Source: Lobosporangium transversale
Lineage: Eukaryota
Direction: 5' to 3'
DNA: 64,000 nucleotides
Assembly: GCF_002105155.1 (NCBI RefSeq)
Contig: NW_019028999.1
Span: forward strand, 434,001-498,000
Of this stretch, positions 27,924 to 40,830 are shown piece after piece (position 1 is the first letter of the stretch; every line of letters starts with the position of its first letter). Both the position numbers and the translations under genes were made by a program. Under the pieces are notes generated by a model that made no database searches, had not been told where the DNA came from, and saw only the letters and a list, made by a program, of their open reading frames with translations.

Positions 27924-30900
27924 GTTGCGGGAAAAGTCAGAATAGGAGAGCTGGGTAAATAATGGAAAAAGCAAGAACAGAAATAGAGGGTCTGTCGTGG
28001 ATTCAAACCCAGGAAGGGTGCACTGAATGATTATTTGTCATCCAGGTAAAGAACTATTTGGAAAGAATCACAAAGTCTGAATAACAAAGAGCAATACCGA
28101 CAAGTTCAGCATTAAGTGATCTAAAAGGATCGTATTGGAGGACGCTATTGTCCTATTCACTTGAAAAGCCTGAAAAGTGTGAGTAAGAACAATGTAGTGA
28201 TACTGCAGAAAGGTCAATGCAGGAGGTATCTTGGTTAGGATGCGAATGTTGCCATTCGAGAACGAGGAGACGCAAAGGTGTGAGCGGCAGGACAGGGCAG
28301 GATAGGTTAAGGAAATTACAAGAGATGGTAAAGGTGAATGATACCTTTCCGAATGCGGGGGAGTGAGCTGAGCGCGAAGCGGATGAAGAGGATCGAGAGT
28401 AATGGGAGTAGGTTGGAGGAGAAAACAATTTATGACAGTAGTGCTGAAAGATAGGAAAAGACAGAAGCAATTGATGACAGTAAGATGAAGTGGAAAGTAA
28501 GAAAAGAGAGAAAGAAAAAAGATATTAAGAAGAGAGACGCCAAAAAGTCAAGGTCATCATGGGTCATAAATAAAACTAACAATGTCAATCAGTTAAAAAA
28601 AAAGAAAGAAAAAAAAAGAGAGAGAGGGAGAAAGACGATCATTTCATGTACTAAATTGGGATTGATCCAACCACAATTATACAGAGGTACAAACATTCAG
28701 ACACAGTCATGCTGACCATAACAAAATAACCATGATGCATACGACAAGGAAAGTAAAAAGAAAGGGGTAAGGAAACGAGATGTTGGATATTAAGTCTAGC
28801 GACACCCATTACCTGCAGTTCCGACTACTCGAGGCAGCAAAATAAAATGAATATAAAATGTTATACTTTAATAAAGCGTGTATGCTATCCTTGGCGGATT
28901 AAGATATGAATGGGTCGTTGACATAACCACAACCACAATAACAATAATGATAGTAACAATGTTAACAATAATAATATTATTAATATTAATAAGTCGAATT
29001 CACAGAGAGGCAAATGTTACATTACAAGGAATACTGGTATCACTACCACCTTAGTATGTAAACTCTAAAGAAAGGTTATGGCTGGTTCAAGGACTTCCCA
29101 ACAATATGATTGACAGTGTACGAAGGCCGATGTACACGTACATGTACATCTGGTAAACCGCGGGTGCCACAAGTAATGACGGCAAATTCAGAGCCGGACT
29201 GTAAACGTTTATACCACCTCTGTGATGGTATGCCTGGGCACAATAGTATCCAATATTACTATCGATGACATTAGAGCGATCCTATCTTGTATCAAACGCA
29301 GACCTGCTCAGAAAAGACTATCCCAATTTCCTGTGGACTATTGCAGACAAAGTGATACTACTGTCATGGGCTAACGTCAGTTCTTTTATTTCGTCCCTTT
29401 TTTACTCTTATACATTCCATTTTTTTATTTTTTTTTTATTTTTTTTAAATTATTTTTAAAAGCCATTTATGTTACCATTAATAAAGATGGAGTCCTAAGA
29501 CTTTGTTCAATGAGCACAATACAGGAGAGAGGCAAAGTTTTGCAGCAATTAACATCGTATTTTCTCCAATGTAAATTTGTTAAATGAGTGTCAACCAGAT
29601 CTTAGAATTGTTTTCTGCGCCTTTTACTCCTCTAGGCAAAAAAAAATAATCCAGAACAAACGGTTATTATGTTGGAGTCAATATGTTATGAAGATCAACG
29701 TCGGCTATTTTTTAGTTGTGTCAAAGAAAATGGTTAATACGAGTGTATATATTCGAAATGCTGGTTCATCTGTGTTTTATTTAGTGATTATTGGCATACA
29801 TAGTTCAGTAGAGATATATGTGCGAGAGCTGTTTAGCAACTAGGATCTATACAGAGTCGAGATCTTTCTGGCTCCAGAAGGTGATGGCGCGCAATACAGG
29901 GGCCTGTGTGGATATTGGGATGTAAAAGTATTTTGATCGATAGCTATCAACTTTTTATGCAGGAGCGATAATTGGTGTCTAGCGCCAACTTTATTAAAAA
30001 TGGGCGAAGGTCCATTGTATATGTCATATACGCGCTTAATATTAAGCCGAGTTGATTGACTGTATTCTAGCAAAAATGGCAGGCCAGGCGACACAAAGAT
30101 CAGTTTTCCTGCTCAGTTTATGTATGTAATTGCTCCGCGCGGACAGAGACTGCCTACCTTAACAATCCCACAAACACCAATCTTTAATTCAAAAAATTAC
30201 GTGCTTTACGAAAAACGAACGAAGTCATTTGGGTAGGAATAGATGGAGTCAAGTTATTAACATAATTATTGTGACCAAGGCCTGTAACCAGACATGATAG
30301 AAGCAGTGCTTCATGCGTTCATTCCTCTTATGATCATATATGTTCATATTGGGGAGAAACTGCGCTCCATCTGCCACTTTACTCCTGTGATTTCAACTAC
30401 CATTCGATGAAACATCTATTGAATACCATCAAGTCTCCAGTTGGTTGTCTAGATGGCTGATTAATCTTGAGCAGTAGTTGCGTATATGGTCAGTCGGGGC
30501 AAGCAACCTTTCTGGATAGTCAAGCAAGAAGGAAAAAAAAGGAACAGAAAGTTTGTAATGTCAAGTGATGCGAGTCCTCTGCTTGGACGCGAGTGGCAGA
30601 TTTTTTTTTTTTTTTTTCAGGGATCTTCGTGTAACAACAGCCAAAGGAAATGGCCTGATTCTGTCCGTGCACGCTCATTGGCCAACGGACTGTTTTAGAT
30701 AAGTATATACACATGTATATAAAAACAACAGTGATCTGATCAGTATTTTGGCCTTGGAGTATCGCCTAAGCAGTCCACTTATTCAAAGCAAAGCTGAAGA
30801 AAAGCAAAGCTGCATATTTAGTCATTCCCATCCTGTCATGTCGCTTTCTTCATTTACATCATCTTTCCTCCATTGACTTCGTGATTTCCTTTTTTCGCCA

Positions 30901-30976
30901 TAAATTATCCCGTCTTTTATTTTAAGTTTTCTCCTTTATTCATTCAACAGCCAAGTCAATACTGAGTTATCCCACA

Positions 30977-32721
30977 ATGGCTTCCGCTATCCTTGCCTCT
31001 CTCTTCCATCCTTCGGAAGTCCTTGCTTTGGTGCAATACAAACTTGCTCCAAAAGCAAATTACGACTACAGTAGCAATAAGACTAGAGAACGTCTTTACT
31101 ACTTCCTGAACATGACCTCACGCAGCTTTTCTGCTGTCATCCAGGAGCTGGATGAGGAGCTCAAGGATCCTGTAAGTGAATTTGGCTGAGCATTCTTGTT
31201 GGCTAATTACCGATTGGCTTTTTTTATAGCACTAAGTGCATGAACATACACCACAAATGTAACCTGCTCTGTTTTACAACTTGATAGATCTGCTTGTTCT
31301 ATCTTATTCTTCGAGGGCTTGATACTATTGGTAAAAATGACTTTACTATAAATTACTTCTGAGAGATCGATGTCATGCATTCATTAGTACTTATTTCTTT
31401 CATCATTCCACCTTCATTATGTAGAGGATGATATGACTATTGATTTGGACATAAAGCTTCCTCATCTCAAGACCTTCCATGAGCTCATTTATCAGAAAGG
31501 TTGGAACTTTACAAAGAGTAAGTCAATATGATATGTTAAAGTGCTTTGAAGACCTATGAAACTATGGCTGACTTGTATAAGAAAAACACAATCGGCGGAT
31601 ATAAGTGCTGATTACAAAATTTTTTCTTAATTATTTTTATTAAAGACGGTCCCAACGAAAAAGATCGCCAATTGCTTGTGGAGTTTGATGTTGTCATCGA
31701 TGGGTTTTTGCAGCTGAAGCCCGCATACCAAAGCATTATTGCTGATATTACTAAACGTATGGGCCAAGGCATGGCGCAATATGCCACGGCGGGGATCCAT
31801 GTGAACACAATTGCAGATTATGATGAATATTGCCACTATGTTGCTGGTCTGGTTGGCTTGGGATTGAGTGAGCTGTTCAGCGCTTGTGATTTTGAATGTA
31901 AGGGGCAATTTTATTTTATTTTATTTTATTTTATTTTATTTTATTTTATTTTATTTAATTTTATTTTATTTAATTTTATTTTATTTAATTTTTATGACAG
32001 TATTATTGTCAATACTAATTATCCATGCCGAAATTGTTTTATGTGGTTCTCAGCACCCACTGTTGCCAAGAGAAAAGATCTCTCTAATTCAATGGGTCTC
32101 TTTTTGCAAAAGACCAACATCATTCGCGATTATCTCGAGGACTTGCGTGATAATCGTCGCTTCTGGCCTAAGGAGATCTGGGGCAAGTACGCAGATAATT
32201 TCGAGGACTTTATCAAACCAGAAAACAAAGAGAATGCTTTGCGATGCTTGAACCACATGGTCTATAATGCTCTGGGACATATGAAGGACTGTCTCGAATA
32301 CCTCGGCATGATTAAGAACGCCTCCTGCTTCAAGTTTTGCGCTATTCCTCAAGTTATGGCTGTTGCCACTCTGAACATGGTCCATACCAACTATTCAATT
32401 TTTACACACGAGAACATCAAGATTAGGAAAGGCGAGACTGTTTGGTTGATTAAGGAGTCGTACAACATCGATAATGTCGCGGCCATTTTCAGAATGTATG
32501 CACGCCAGATTAATAACAAATCTAATCCATTGGACCCTCATTTTATTGATATTGGCATCCTTTGTGGAGAGATCGAGCAAGTTTGCGTTAACAAGTATCC
32601 TGGATCTACGGCGGAGCTTAAGCGCTTGCAGGCAGGAGTGATGGCAGGCACTAGTGGCACTGTTCTAACGGCTGCAGCTGTTGTTGCAGGTGCTGTTGCT
32701 TTGAGGAACACATTCGCATAA
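30977..32721 (+). CDS. ERG9: Squalene synthase (farnesyl-diphosphate farnesyltransferase)
   Basis: Multi-exon. Motifs TSRSFSAVIQEL, LRGLDTI|EDDM, YCHYVAGLVG, MGLFLQKTNIIRDYLED, FCAIPQVMA and KIRKG, plus a C-terminal TM anchor. Confidence 0.97.
31908..31995 (+). repeat. (TTTTA)n microsatellite inside an ERG9 intron
   Basis: Tandem ttttattttattttatt.. array. It produces the spurious FYFILFYFIL translation in the ORF track. Confidence 0.9.
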
Positions 32722-32881
32722 ACATAAATAACTCGAAGTCGAAAGACCTGATCATGATCATATCAATAACATTTCATATCATTTATTATCTGCAATAAAA
32801 GCTACACTGTGGCTTGATCGTCATTGCACAAAGTTGAAACAAGAACATGTTGACTCAAGCATGTTGCTCTTTCATTCAACC

Positions 32882-35800
32882 ATGAATCACTCTGAAGTTC
32901 GAGTGTTTGCAAAGCATCTCCAAGCACCTGGAGTTGTGCATCAAGTCTGCATTGGTGACTGGACTGGATTTCGGAATGAATGGAATGAATGTCTTTCGCA
33001 AGAGAGGCCAGACCAACTCGACGTGATCGTTGGGAAAGTGCGTGTTTTTTTTTTTTTTTTTTTTTTTTTTTTCCTTTAAAAAAGCATTTGACTTAGTCAT
33101 GCAGGGAGCAATGCCTCTGACCATGTCTGAGTTTGTCTTCAATACACTACCAGGGGTCATTCCTTTCGCTCTACAAGTTTACAATCGATAAAACTGATGT
33201 AGAGGAGCGACCTAAGGGATCATTTCAGATAGTTCACGAGCAACCAGTATTCGGGACTATCAAGGATATGAAGGTTATGCGCTGTACATTTGAAACGGAA
33301 GTCGAAGGCGACATGAAAATGGAAACTGATATGGATGACGGGCTAGATCGTCCGAGATATGGTTACCTTCCAAGACACGCATCGTCATTTGTTGTAGCGG
33401 TAACATCTGACTCTGGTTATCTGTCATTATTGACATTCTACTTCAATGGGGATACAAAGGATACGACGGATCAGGGAAAGTTTTATACGCTGCAGCAGGT
33501 ATATTTGTACTTGAAAGGCGTCAACATGGCCAATTGGTTTTAGTAGATGGACAGTTTGTAATTATCTTGAGTGCTATTAGACTTTTCCCCTTTTCTTTCT
33601 AACAGATGTAGCAATTGCTCGAGATTATGTAGATAAAAATCGCAGAACCGGGAGTAGACTATAGACAAGTCGGATCCAGCCTTGCAATTGACCCAACGTA
33701 AGTTCCATTTTCATAATAATCGGTGCCTCTTGTACAATTTATCTTTTGACAAACACTTCGGCATCATTTGTATAGCAATCGAATCATGGCCATATCAGCG
33801 CTTTACGGTAGTATCAAAATTGTTCGGATGAGGTCTACGAGGCGATCTTCATTCAATCCCGTCGAACGGGTGGGGGTTTTTTTTTGTTTTGCTTTTTACT
33901 TTTATTAACATTTGGTACATCGTACTACTGCGCTTTAATACTCATTGATTTTTTTTTTTCTTTTCGTTTTCCTCCGCAATTCCCTAGATATCAGAGTTTG
34001 CTCTAAAAGGAGCAATTATCGCAATGGATTTTCTTACAACAGCAGATCATGAAAAATACAGTATTGTTATCCTGGCGGTCCTATTTTACAGGTATAATTT
34101 TATTTATTGATGAGTTAGGATAGCCTATGCCATACATGTACATTGGCGTATATAATTTTCGATTTCCAAAGTATTTTACCGTTATTACTATTACTGTTAC
34201 TGTTACTACTATTACAGCAAAGAGACATTGAGCCATCACATTGCGACGTTCAGTATCAATCTTGATCTCGATGACGTAGAAAGTGGTTCCGGCGCGCTAC
34301 CAATGCAACTTGGTAATAGCCAGCTGACGTCCAATTCTCCTACATCGGTCTTCATTCTGAAGGCTCTGCCGAATATTCCGCGTGCTATGGTGTATATTGA
34401 CGTAAGAGCCATGATGCGTTCAATGCTGTAGTAGAGGATTGTTTGATCGAAATTTGCAGTATCTGATATCTTTACGACCATACTTCACAGGAGGAGAAAA
34501 TTACTTTAGTCACGGTGGAGTCACCACTTAGATTTTCAAAGCACATTCAGGCCACTCATATTCACCACCCACCACTACAACTACCGAGAAAAGACAGTAG
34601 CCTAGAGTATATTGGGCTCGCGATAGGATCAGCATCAGACAGTGTTTTCCCTCTAATTTCATCATGCGCTATTCCTCCACCTTCGCCATATCCAGAGAGC
34701 GACCAAACGCTTTATCTTGGAAGCGACACATCAGATTTGTTTCGTGTCAGAATCATGCATAAAACAAATACATTGCACTATGAACTTATATCGAGTGATC
34801 GACCAGTTGGACGCACAATGATAGTTCTTGCCAGGCGCGAATTCATCTCGGAAAGCTCATTGTCTGAAACATCAGGCGAGCTGTTGCTCAACATTGATTA
34901 TCTCTTATACTCAAATGATTATGGAGATGGAGGGCTAATTGCCTTTAAAGAAGAGGAGGATGGAGTTGATATCTATGCTTTGACGAATCTTCAAAACAGT
35001 TCACCTGTCGTAGACTTTTGTGTGCGTGAGCCATTGCTTCCTGGACGCGACTCTCTATTTTTGTGCTCTGGAATGAAAAGCGAAGGTTCATTAAGGGAAG
35101 TTCGATCTGGAATATCAGTAGTGAGCTCCGGAAGCAGCGGAAGTAAATTATTTGCCGGTGCAACCGGGCTCTGGAGCATAAAAAAGAGACATGAAGATGC
35201 ATTCGAATCAGTTCTTGTTGTTTCTTTCATTCAGAGTACCAAATTGATGCACGTTTTAGATGGAGGTAAAGTAGCGCGCTGCGTTATAATGGGAGGTTAT
35301 AGAGTTGTATACATTAATATATTAATTCGTTCATTTTTCCGAAACCAATAGACAGTTTAGAAGAAATAGCGGATGGTTGGGGTCTTAGTCTCGACCAAGC
35401 TACAGTCCATGCTGGGCGGTTGGCTGATAACCATCTTTTTCAAGTTAATCGTCTAGGAGTTGTTATTGCTAGTTTAGACACAGGTTAGTCGATAGATCAA
35501 CAGTCTATTTATCTCTTGCATAATCGCTCTCGAATCGCTTTAAAAGTCTAATTGCATGAGTAATTCTCTCTTTTAGGTGCACGATATATTTGGCAGTCAG
35601 GACAGGCCATTATCGCCTCCGCCTGCCTGGTCAAGGATGGGACCTTAGTATTGGGTCAAATTTCCACAGGAGATAGCAGTCTAATTGTGCTCAAATTCGA
35701 AGACAATGAGTTCAATATTATCGCCTCTAAATCTCTCCAAGCAGAGTCGACCACTATTCATTGTTGGGTTAACGATAATGCGATAGGGTCAATAGGGACT

Positions 35801-37440
35801 GACGATAGTCAAACCGTCACTTTGTGCTGTGTTGGAACGCTGGAGCCAGCTGTGCACGTGTTTCAGATAACTTCCACAGAAGTTCGCGAGCTCTGCAGTA
35901 AAACGTCTGGTAGGAGTGCGCAGAAGTTAATCAAGATATGATTTTATAATATCTTTTCCCTTTGTACCATTGACACCAAACTTTGACCATCGTGTTTAGT
36001 CCAAACTGGGTTAGACGGCTTTGCGACCCCACATTCAATCTGCATGCTGAAAGGACGAGAGGGACGGTGTAAGATCGCAATTGGTATGCGCGATGGCAGT
36101 ATTATCACATTCGACTGGATATATACCGCCGAGCAATGCATGGATGCTCCGCTTTCAGTGAATGCCATGTCCTCGCCGCGGCTGTATAGGATAGGAATCC
36201 TACCTGTCAAGTTCGCTTCCTCGCCTAGTACAGAAGTTTCCAGCACACTGATTCTGTCGGACAAACTTTGGCAGGCCACATATGAAAATGATCTTGAGAT
36301 CCAGCCTGTTTTGTTTGGCGGTGAGGTAAGACATTCAAATTTCGCTGATCCATTCCTTCTTGAGCTTCCTATGGATAACTTTGCTTTTATTTTTATTTTT
36401 ATTTTATATTTTACTTCTATATTTATTCTCGTTATATTACTGTTTACTTTATAAATATATACAATATATATAGGTCTCGCAAGCTTGCTCATTCAAATGT
36501 AGTGAGGATGGTCCATTGTCAGAGGCAGACTTTGTTTTTTTAGTGAATCATAATGACCTTGAGTTTATAGGACTTGAGGAGGCGAGCAAGTACAGACACC
36601 GTACTCTCACTTTAGGACGCGTAAGTTTATTATCATTCTTATTGTTACCATTATAAAAGTAAAGAAAGAAGGAAAGAAAATGGAATTTATGAACGATTGA
36701 AAGCATTAAAGTACACTAACTCAATGTAATTTCACGCCCTCTAGACGCCTCGTAAGATCCTTGATATCACCTCAAAAGGCTTACTTTTAGTGGCTACTGT
36801 AGGGAATGGGTTTCCATATGCTGAGTCAATCCTACATTTGATTGACCCAGAGAGGTGAGTATTAGGACGTTTTATATAACATTTGGTGCTTAGTTTCATC
36901 GTTATACCCTTGTTCATCTCTATTGATTAAAATGGAGACCATATTCTTACATACTGCCATAATATGACATTACAAAGGATTGCTGATGAATCAGAATTGG
37001 CAAGGCAGCATATTCTTTCCGAGTTCACTCTTAAGGCTGGAGAGTCGGTCTGTAGTCTTAAAGGTAAGAGCGGTTATGCGAAAGAAATTACAAAATGCTT
37101 TCACAAGGATATCTTCATCGCTTAGTAAAAGTATCTATGACCAAAGCTCGAAGGCTTACTTCTCTTTTATATGCATTGATTTGATGGGCTGATTAGAGTG
37201 GAAGGTCCCTAGACCAAACAAAGCTGATACGACATACATCTGTGTTGGGACAGGGATATTCTCACCCATGGGAACTGAAGCATCTGCTGCAGCACCAAAG
37301 ACAGGACGATTGGTGATTCTGTCAGTTAAGGAATCAAAAGTAAGTTGATATCACACTGCTATTCGATAATGGCGTTGGAGTTCTGGAAGAATTTTCAAAC
37401 TCACTGGCTATTCTGCTATAATAATAATAATAATAATAAT

Positions 37441-37472
<32 letters not shown>

Positions 37473-39292
37473 TGTGATAAACTAAGAGTGATCGAGAGCC
37501 CGGAAAATTCGTGCTAGAATTGAGATGGACCATGTCCATGCCGGCTCCTGTATTCGCGATCTCAACATTCATCGACATGTAAGTCTCGGTTTCTCATTTT
37601 CTTGATATCACAACGCTTCGTCCAAATTGCAATTTATCAGCCTCTCAGACCTTTTTTAACAATTCGGCCTTGTATCTTCAGGATGCTTCTCATATCCAAT
37701 GGACCATCTCTCAAGTTATTGGCCCTTGATCTTGAAAAGAAAACAATGGTAGAGAGAGCATCGTACCGTGAACGTTGGCCCATCACACAGATTTCAACCC
37801 ATGGAAATATGATTTGTACAGGATCCAGGCGTGAATCCATATCTTTTTACGAATACAAGCTGGACTCAACAGGAGAGCGAGCTGTGGACAGATTAGTGTT
37901 TTTAAAAAGGTGACATTTGTTTGGGATACTCTTTAATCAGAGGCCTTTAGCTCCATCAGAATATGTTCCATGTTGCAAAACATTAATGCTTCAATTGACC
38001 TCGTAATCTTTCTATACATTTCTTCATAGCTCCCGGAATGCACGAATGGTGACAGATTGCATTGCTATTTCTTCTGAGCTTGTGGTCGGATCTGATATGA
38101 GCGGATCTATCTTTGGTGTAGGATACTCACCAGGTAAATATTTGTTGTGGACGGCTGTTATGTCTACTCTTGTGTTTAGTGGTTAGTGAGCCCTAAGACT
38201 CACTTGCCTCAATGGTTCTTAGACAACCCTAGCTGTCAGTACACACTACTCGACCGGTTTTCGTTCAATGTGGGTGAGATTATAAACCGGATCCACATGG
38301 CGAAACTTTGGCCTGTGGGTGAACGGTCCCTTATGGGCATTTCTTTGTCAAGCAATGATCCGAATTGTGTTATCCTCGAGTCGAATACGGCAGGCACTAC
38401 ACAACAATGTGTAGAAGACCTTACTGTCGAGAACAAATATAAAGGCAATGGCACACTTAGTTCACACCTATCGCCAGCAAGGATTCTTTCTTGGATTTTC
38501 ATACCATGGACAGACCCCAAACAATCGTTACAGCACTCATCCTTGAGACCTTCATACATTGATGCAGGCCCAATAACCTCTGAGTCAAATCAAGTTTTAC
38601 CTAAACCCTTCTCCGCTTCAACAGCTCCTTACCCTGCAGAGGCAGCTTCACATCTTTGTACGCAGGCACTGATTGCATGTACTCTGCCTGGAAGTATATT
38701 TGGGTTCTGGCGACTAAATCCGCTTGCATATTCGCTACTTCATACGCTTCAAACTGCACTTGAGACCGCATATGAATGTGGCTCGATTTTGAAGAGTCCA
38801 CGTTATCAAATGCAGCCACTGCGAGGCCCAGATTTGCAGGTGCAAAACACGATTAATGGAACATTGATTGAACCATTCCTAAGACTGAACCATACACTCC
38901 AAGCAGAAGCTTTATTCGGCGTACTAGGGCTGGAACGTGCCTTAGAAGAGTGGATGTGTTCCACAGACATGAATAATCAAGAGCGCGCATACTTTGAGTC
39001 GCCTCCGAAGACAGCTTCACCGGCGGTAGAGACAATGTCAATAGAGTCTGAAACATCGAGGCAGTGGCAATCCAATGCCCGACATGAAACCGTAACATGT
39101 TCTGCGCACCAAAGACTTGAGCGAGAATTGACGCTCTTTGAAGTTAACAATAACACACAAGAGGGCAAAGAGGAAAATATGGAGGCAGTTCACCGGCATG
39201 TTCAGACACAAGTCCAGCAAATTTGCAGAACGACAACTATCCTCAGTCGCATTTTGCCAAGCTTGCAAGCCATAGATTGGCATCAACAATAA
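32882..39292 (+). CDS. Large multi-exon MMS1/DDB1/RSE1/CPSF1-family beta-propeller protein
   Basis: About 17 exons. Motifs include EQPVFGTIKDM, SDSGYLSLL, LAIDP, NSSPVVDF, LFLCSG..EGSLREVRSGI, TGLWSIK, LVVSF..ST, TPRKI and a C-terminal F.VGEI. Exact exon structure approximate. Confidence 0.8.
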
Positions 39293-39991
39293 TAAATTGG
39301 AAAGAACAATTAAAAATTAAAAATTAAAAATTAAAAATTACACTGAGGACCAATGCTGCTTGGCTTGACAGGAGCGGATTGTATTAAATGCTGTCCATCT
39401 ATAGGAGCATGTAATCCATCGTGTGATGACAATAACGGTTTTGATGGTCAATATCATGGCTGCGCAAGGCAATCACCACTTGGAAATGGTGCCATTGGAG
39501 ATGGCTGTATAACCAATGATGATTGTGTTCAAGTTTGCGATAAAGGTACCAAAAATACAGAGGAGGCACAGTATTTAATAATAAAGATCACCAACAAATA
39601 AGCACTGTTGAAAACAACTCCAACGGCGAGGAAAATATTCTCCCTTTCGCTTTCACTGTTATCTTTCTCTCATTCTCTTCTTTTTTCTTTTAATTCTGGA
39701 TCCATTCTGTCTCCTGTCTTTCTCCTATCTTATTACTTTCCCTTCCACTGTCGGTCCTATAATATATAACTTTTATTTATTTATTTTTTCCATCCATGAC
39801 TTTGTTCAATCTCTTCGTTCTATTCTCTCGCTTCTCTTTTAGCTTCCTTGCTTCTCTTCTCTGACTTCTCCTCCTCTTGTCTTTCTATTCTATTTATCTC
39901 ATTATATGACTCTCTCCTTCATTAGCTGTTCTGTCTGAATAAATCTTTATTTGTAATATTCAAAGCAGGGGATTTTTATATAAACTTACGG

Positions 39992-40830
39992 CTAGCACAG
40001 AAGTCCTAGTAAACCGTATTTAATTTCTTTATGATTCACACTTGGTAATGGGCCGCTTTGCGATCGTTTCATGCTTGATATGACCACTCTTTGTCTTCTT
40101 TGCTTTTTACTTGTTATATCCAGGGATCTACCGGTCTTCCTCTTGAATCCCTTTAACTTGTTAAGGAATTCAATATGTTTCTTAGGAAAGATGTCGGAGA
40201 AATTACTGTTATCGATCTTGATAACAACTCGATCCAAGTAAGGAGCCCTAGTTGCGGCTCTGGGTTAGGGCGAAGAGCTTGAAAGCCGATTAACTCTGCT
40301 GAATATGTAAGTATGATACTGATATACTCCAGTTGGACACAGATCCTGAATCCTTTTTGGGTCTTGTTTTTGCCCCTTATCAGTCTTCTCTTGGATGGCT
40401 ATGCTGCTTGTCGTTGTTATAGCTTGGACAGCATCCCTTTGTTGAATCGAATGGTGTAATTCTGTCTGTACAAACACTGGGTATATCCGATCCTGGGTCT
40501 GAATAAGAAAAACGACATCTGGGCCACTTATATGCACTGAAGGGAAATAAAATGGTGATGTGGATTGGTAGCATTGTGTATGTGTGTCTCAATGAAATCA
40601 TGCAGTGTTATATCCTTGTGAGTAATTGCAAGTTGTGGATGTTGTTCGCTATATCCAACGATATTAACGTTCCTATGTAGCTTCGCAGGTATAAAATTGT
40701 CTGTAGATAGTTGCCATGTATCTACATCAGGATGTTTCTTCATCTTGGCAGCGACTAGTGAGTTCATGGATGATATTGCCAGGTCGTGTTCTTCGCTCAT
40801 AATATGTGAGCGCTCTTCCAATATCATCAA
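39992..40830 (-). pseudogene. Decayed C-terminal fragment of a Crinkler(CRN)-type PD-(D/E)xK nuclease-like gene
   Basis: Three frameshifted ORFs join as ..ITLHDFIETH..SGPDVVFLIQ..YPVFVQTEL..CPTGVY..VVIKIDNSNFSDIFPKKHIEFLNKLK. The GPD..F..VFVQxK pattern is recalled from Mucoromycota CRN-like families. Confidence 0.55.

Noticed and set aside
28100..30900. Short ORFs and possible sterol-regulatory elements upstream of ERG9
   Set aside because: No convincing protein motifs, and no exact SRE/Upc2-type site that I can support.
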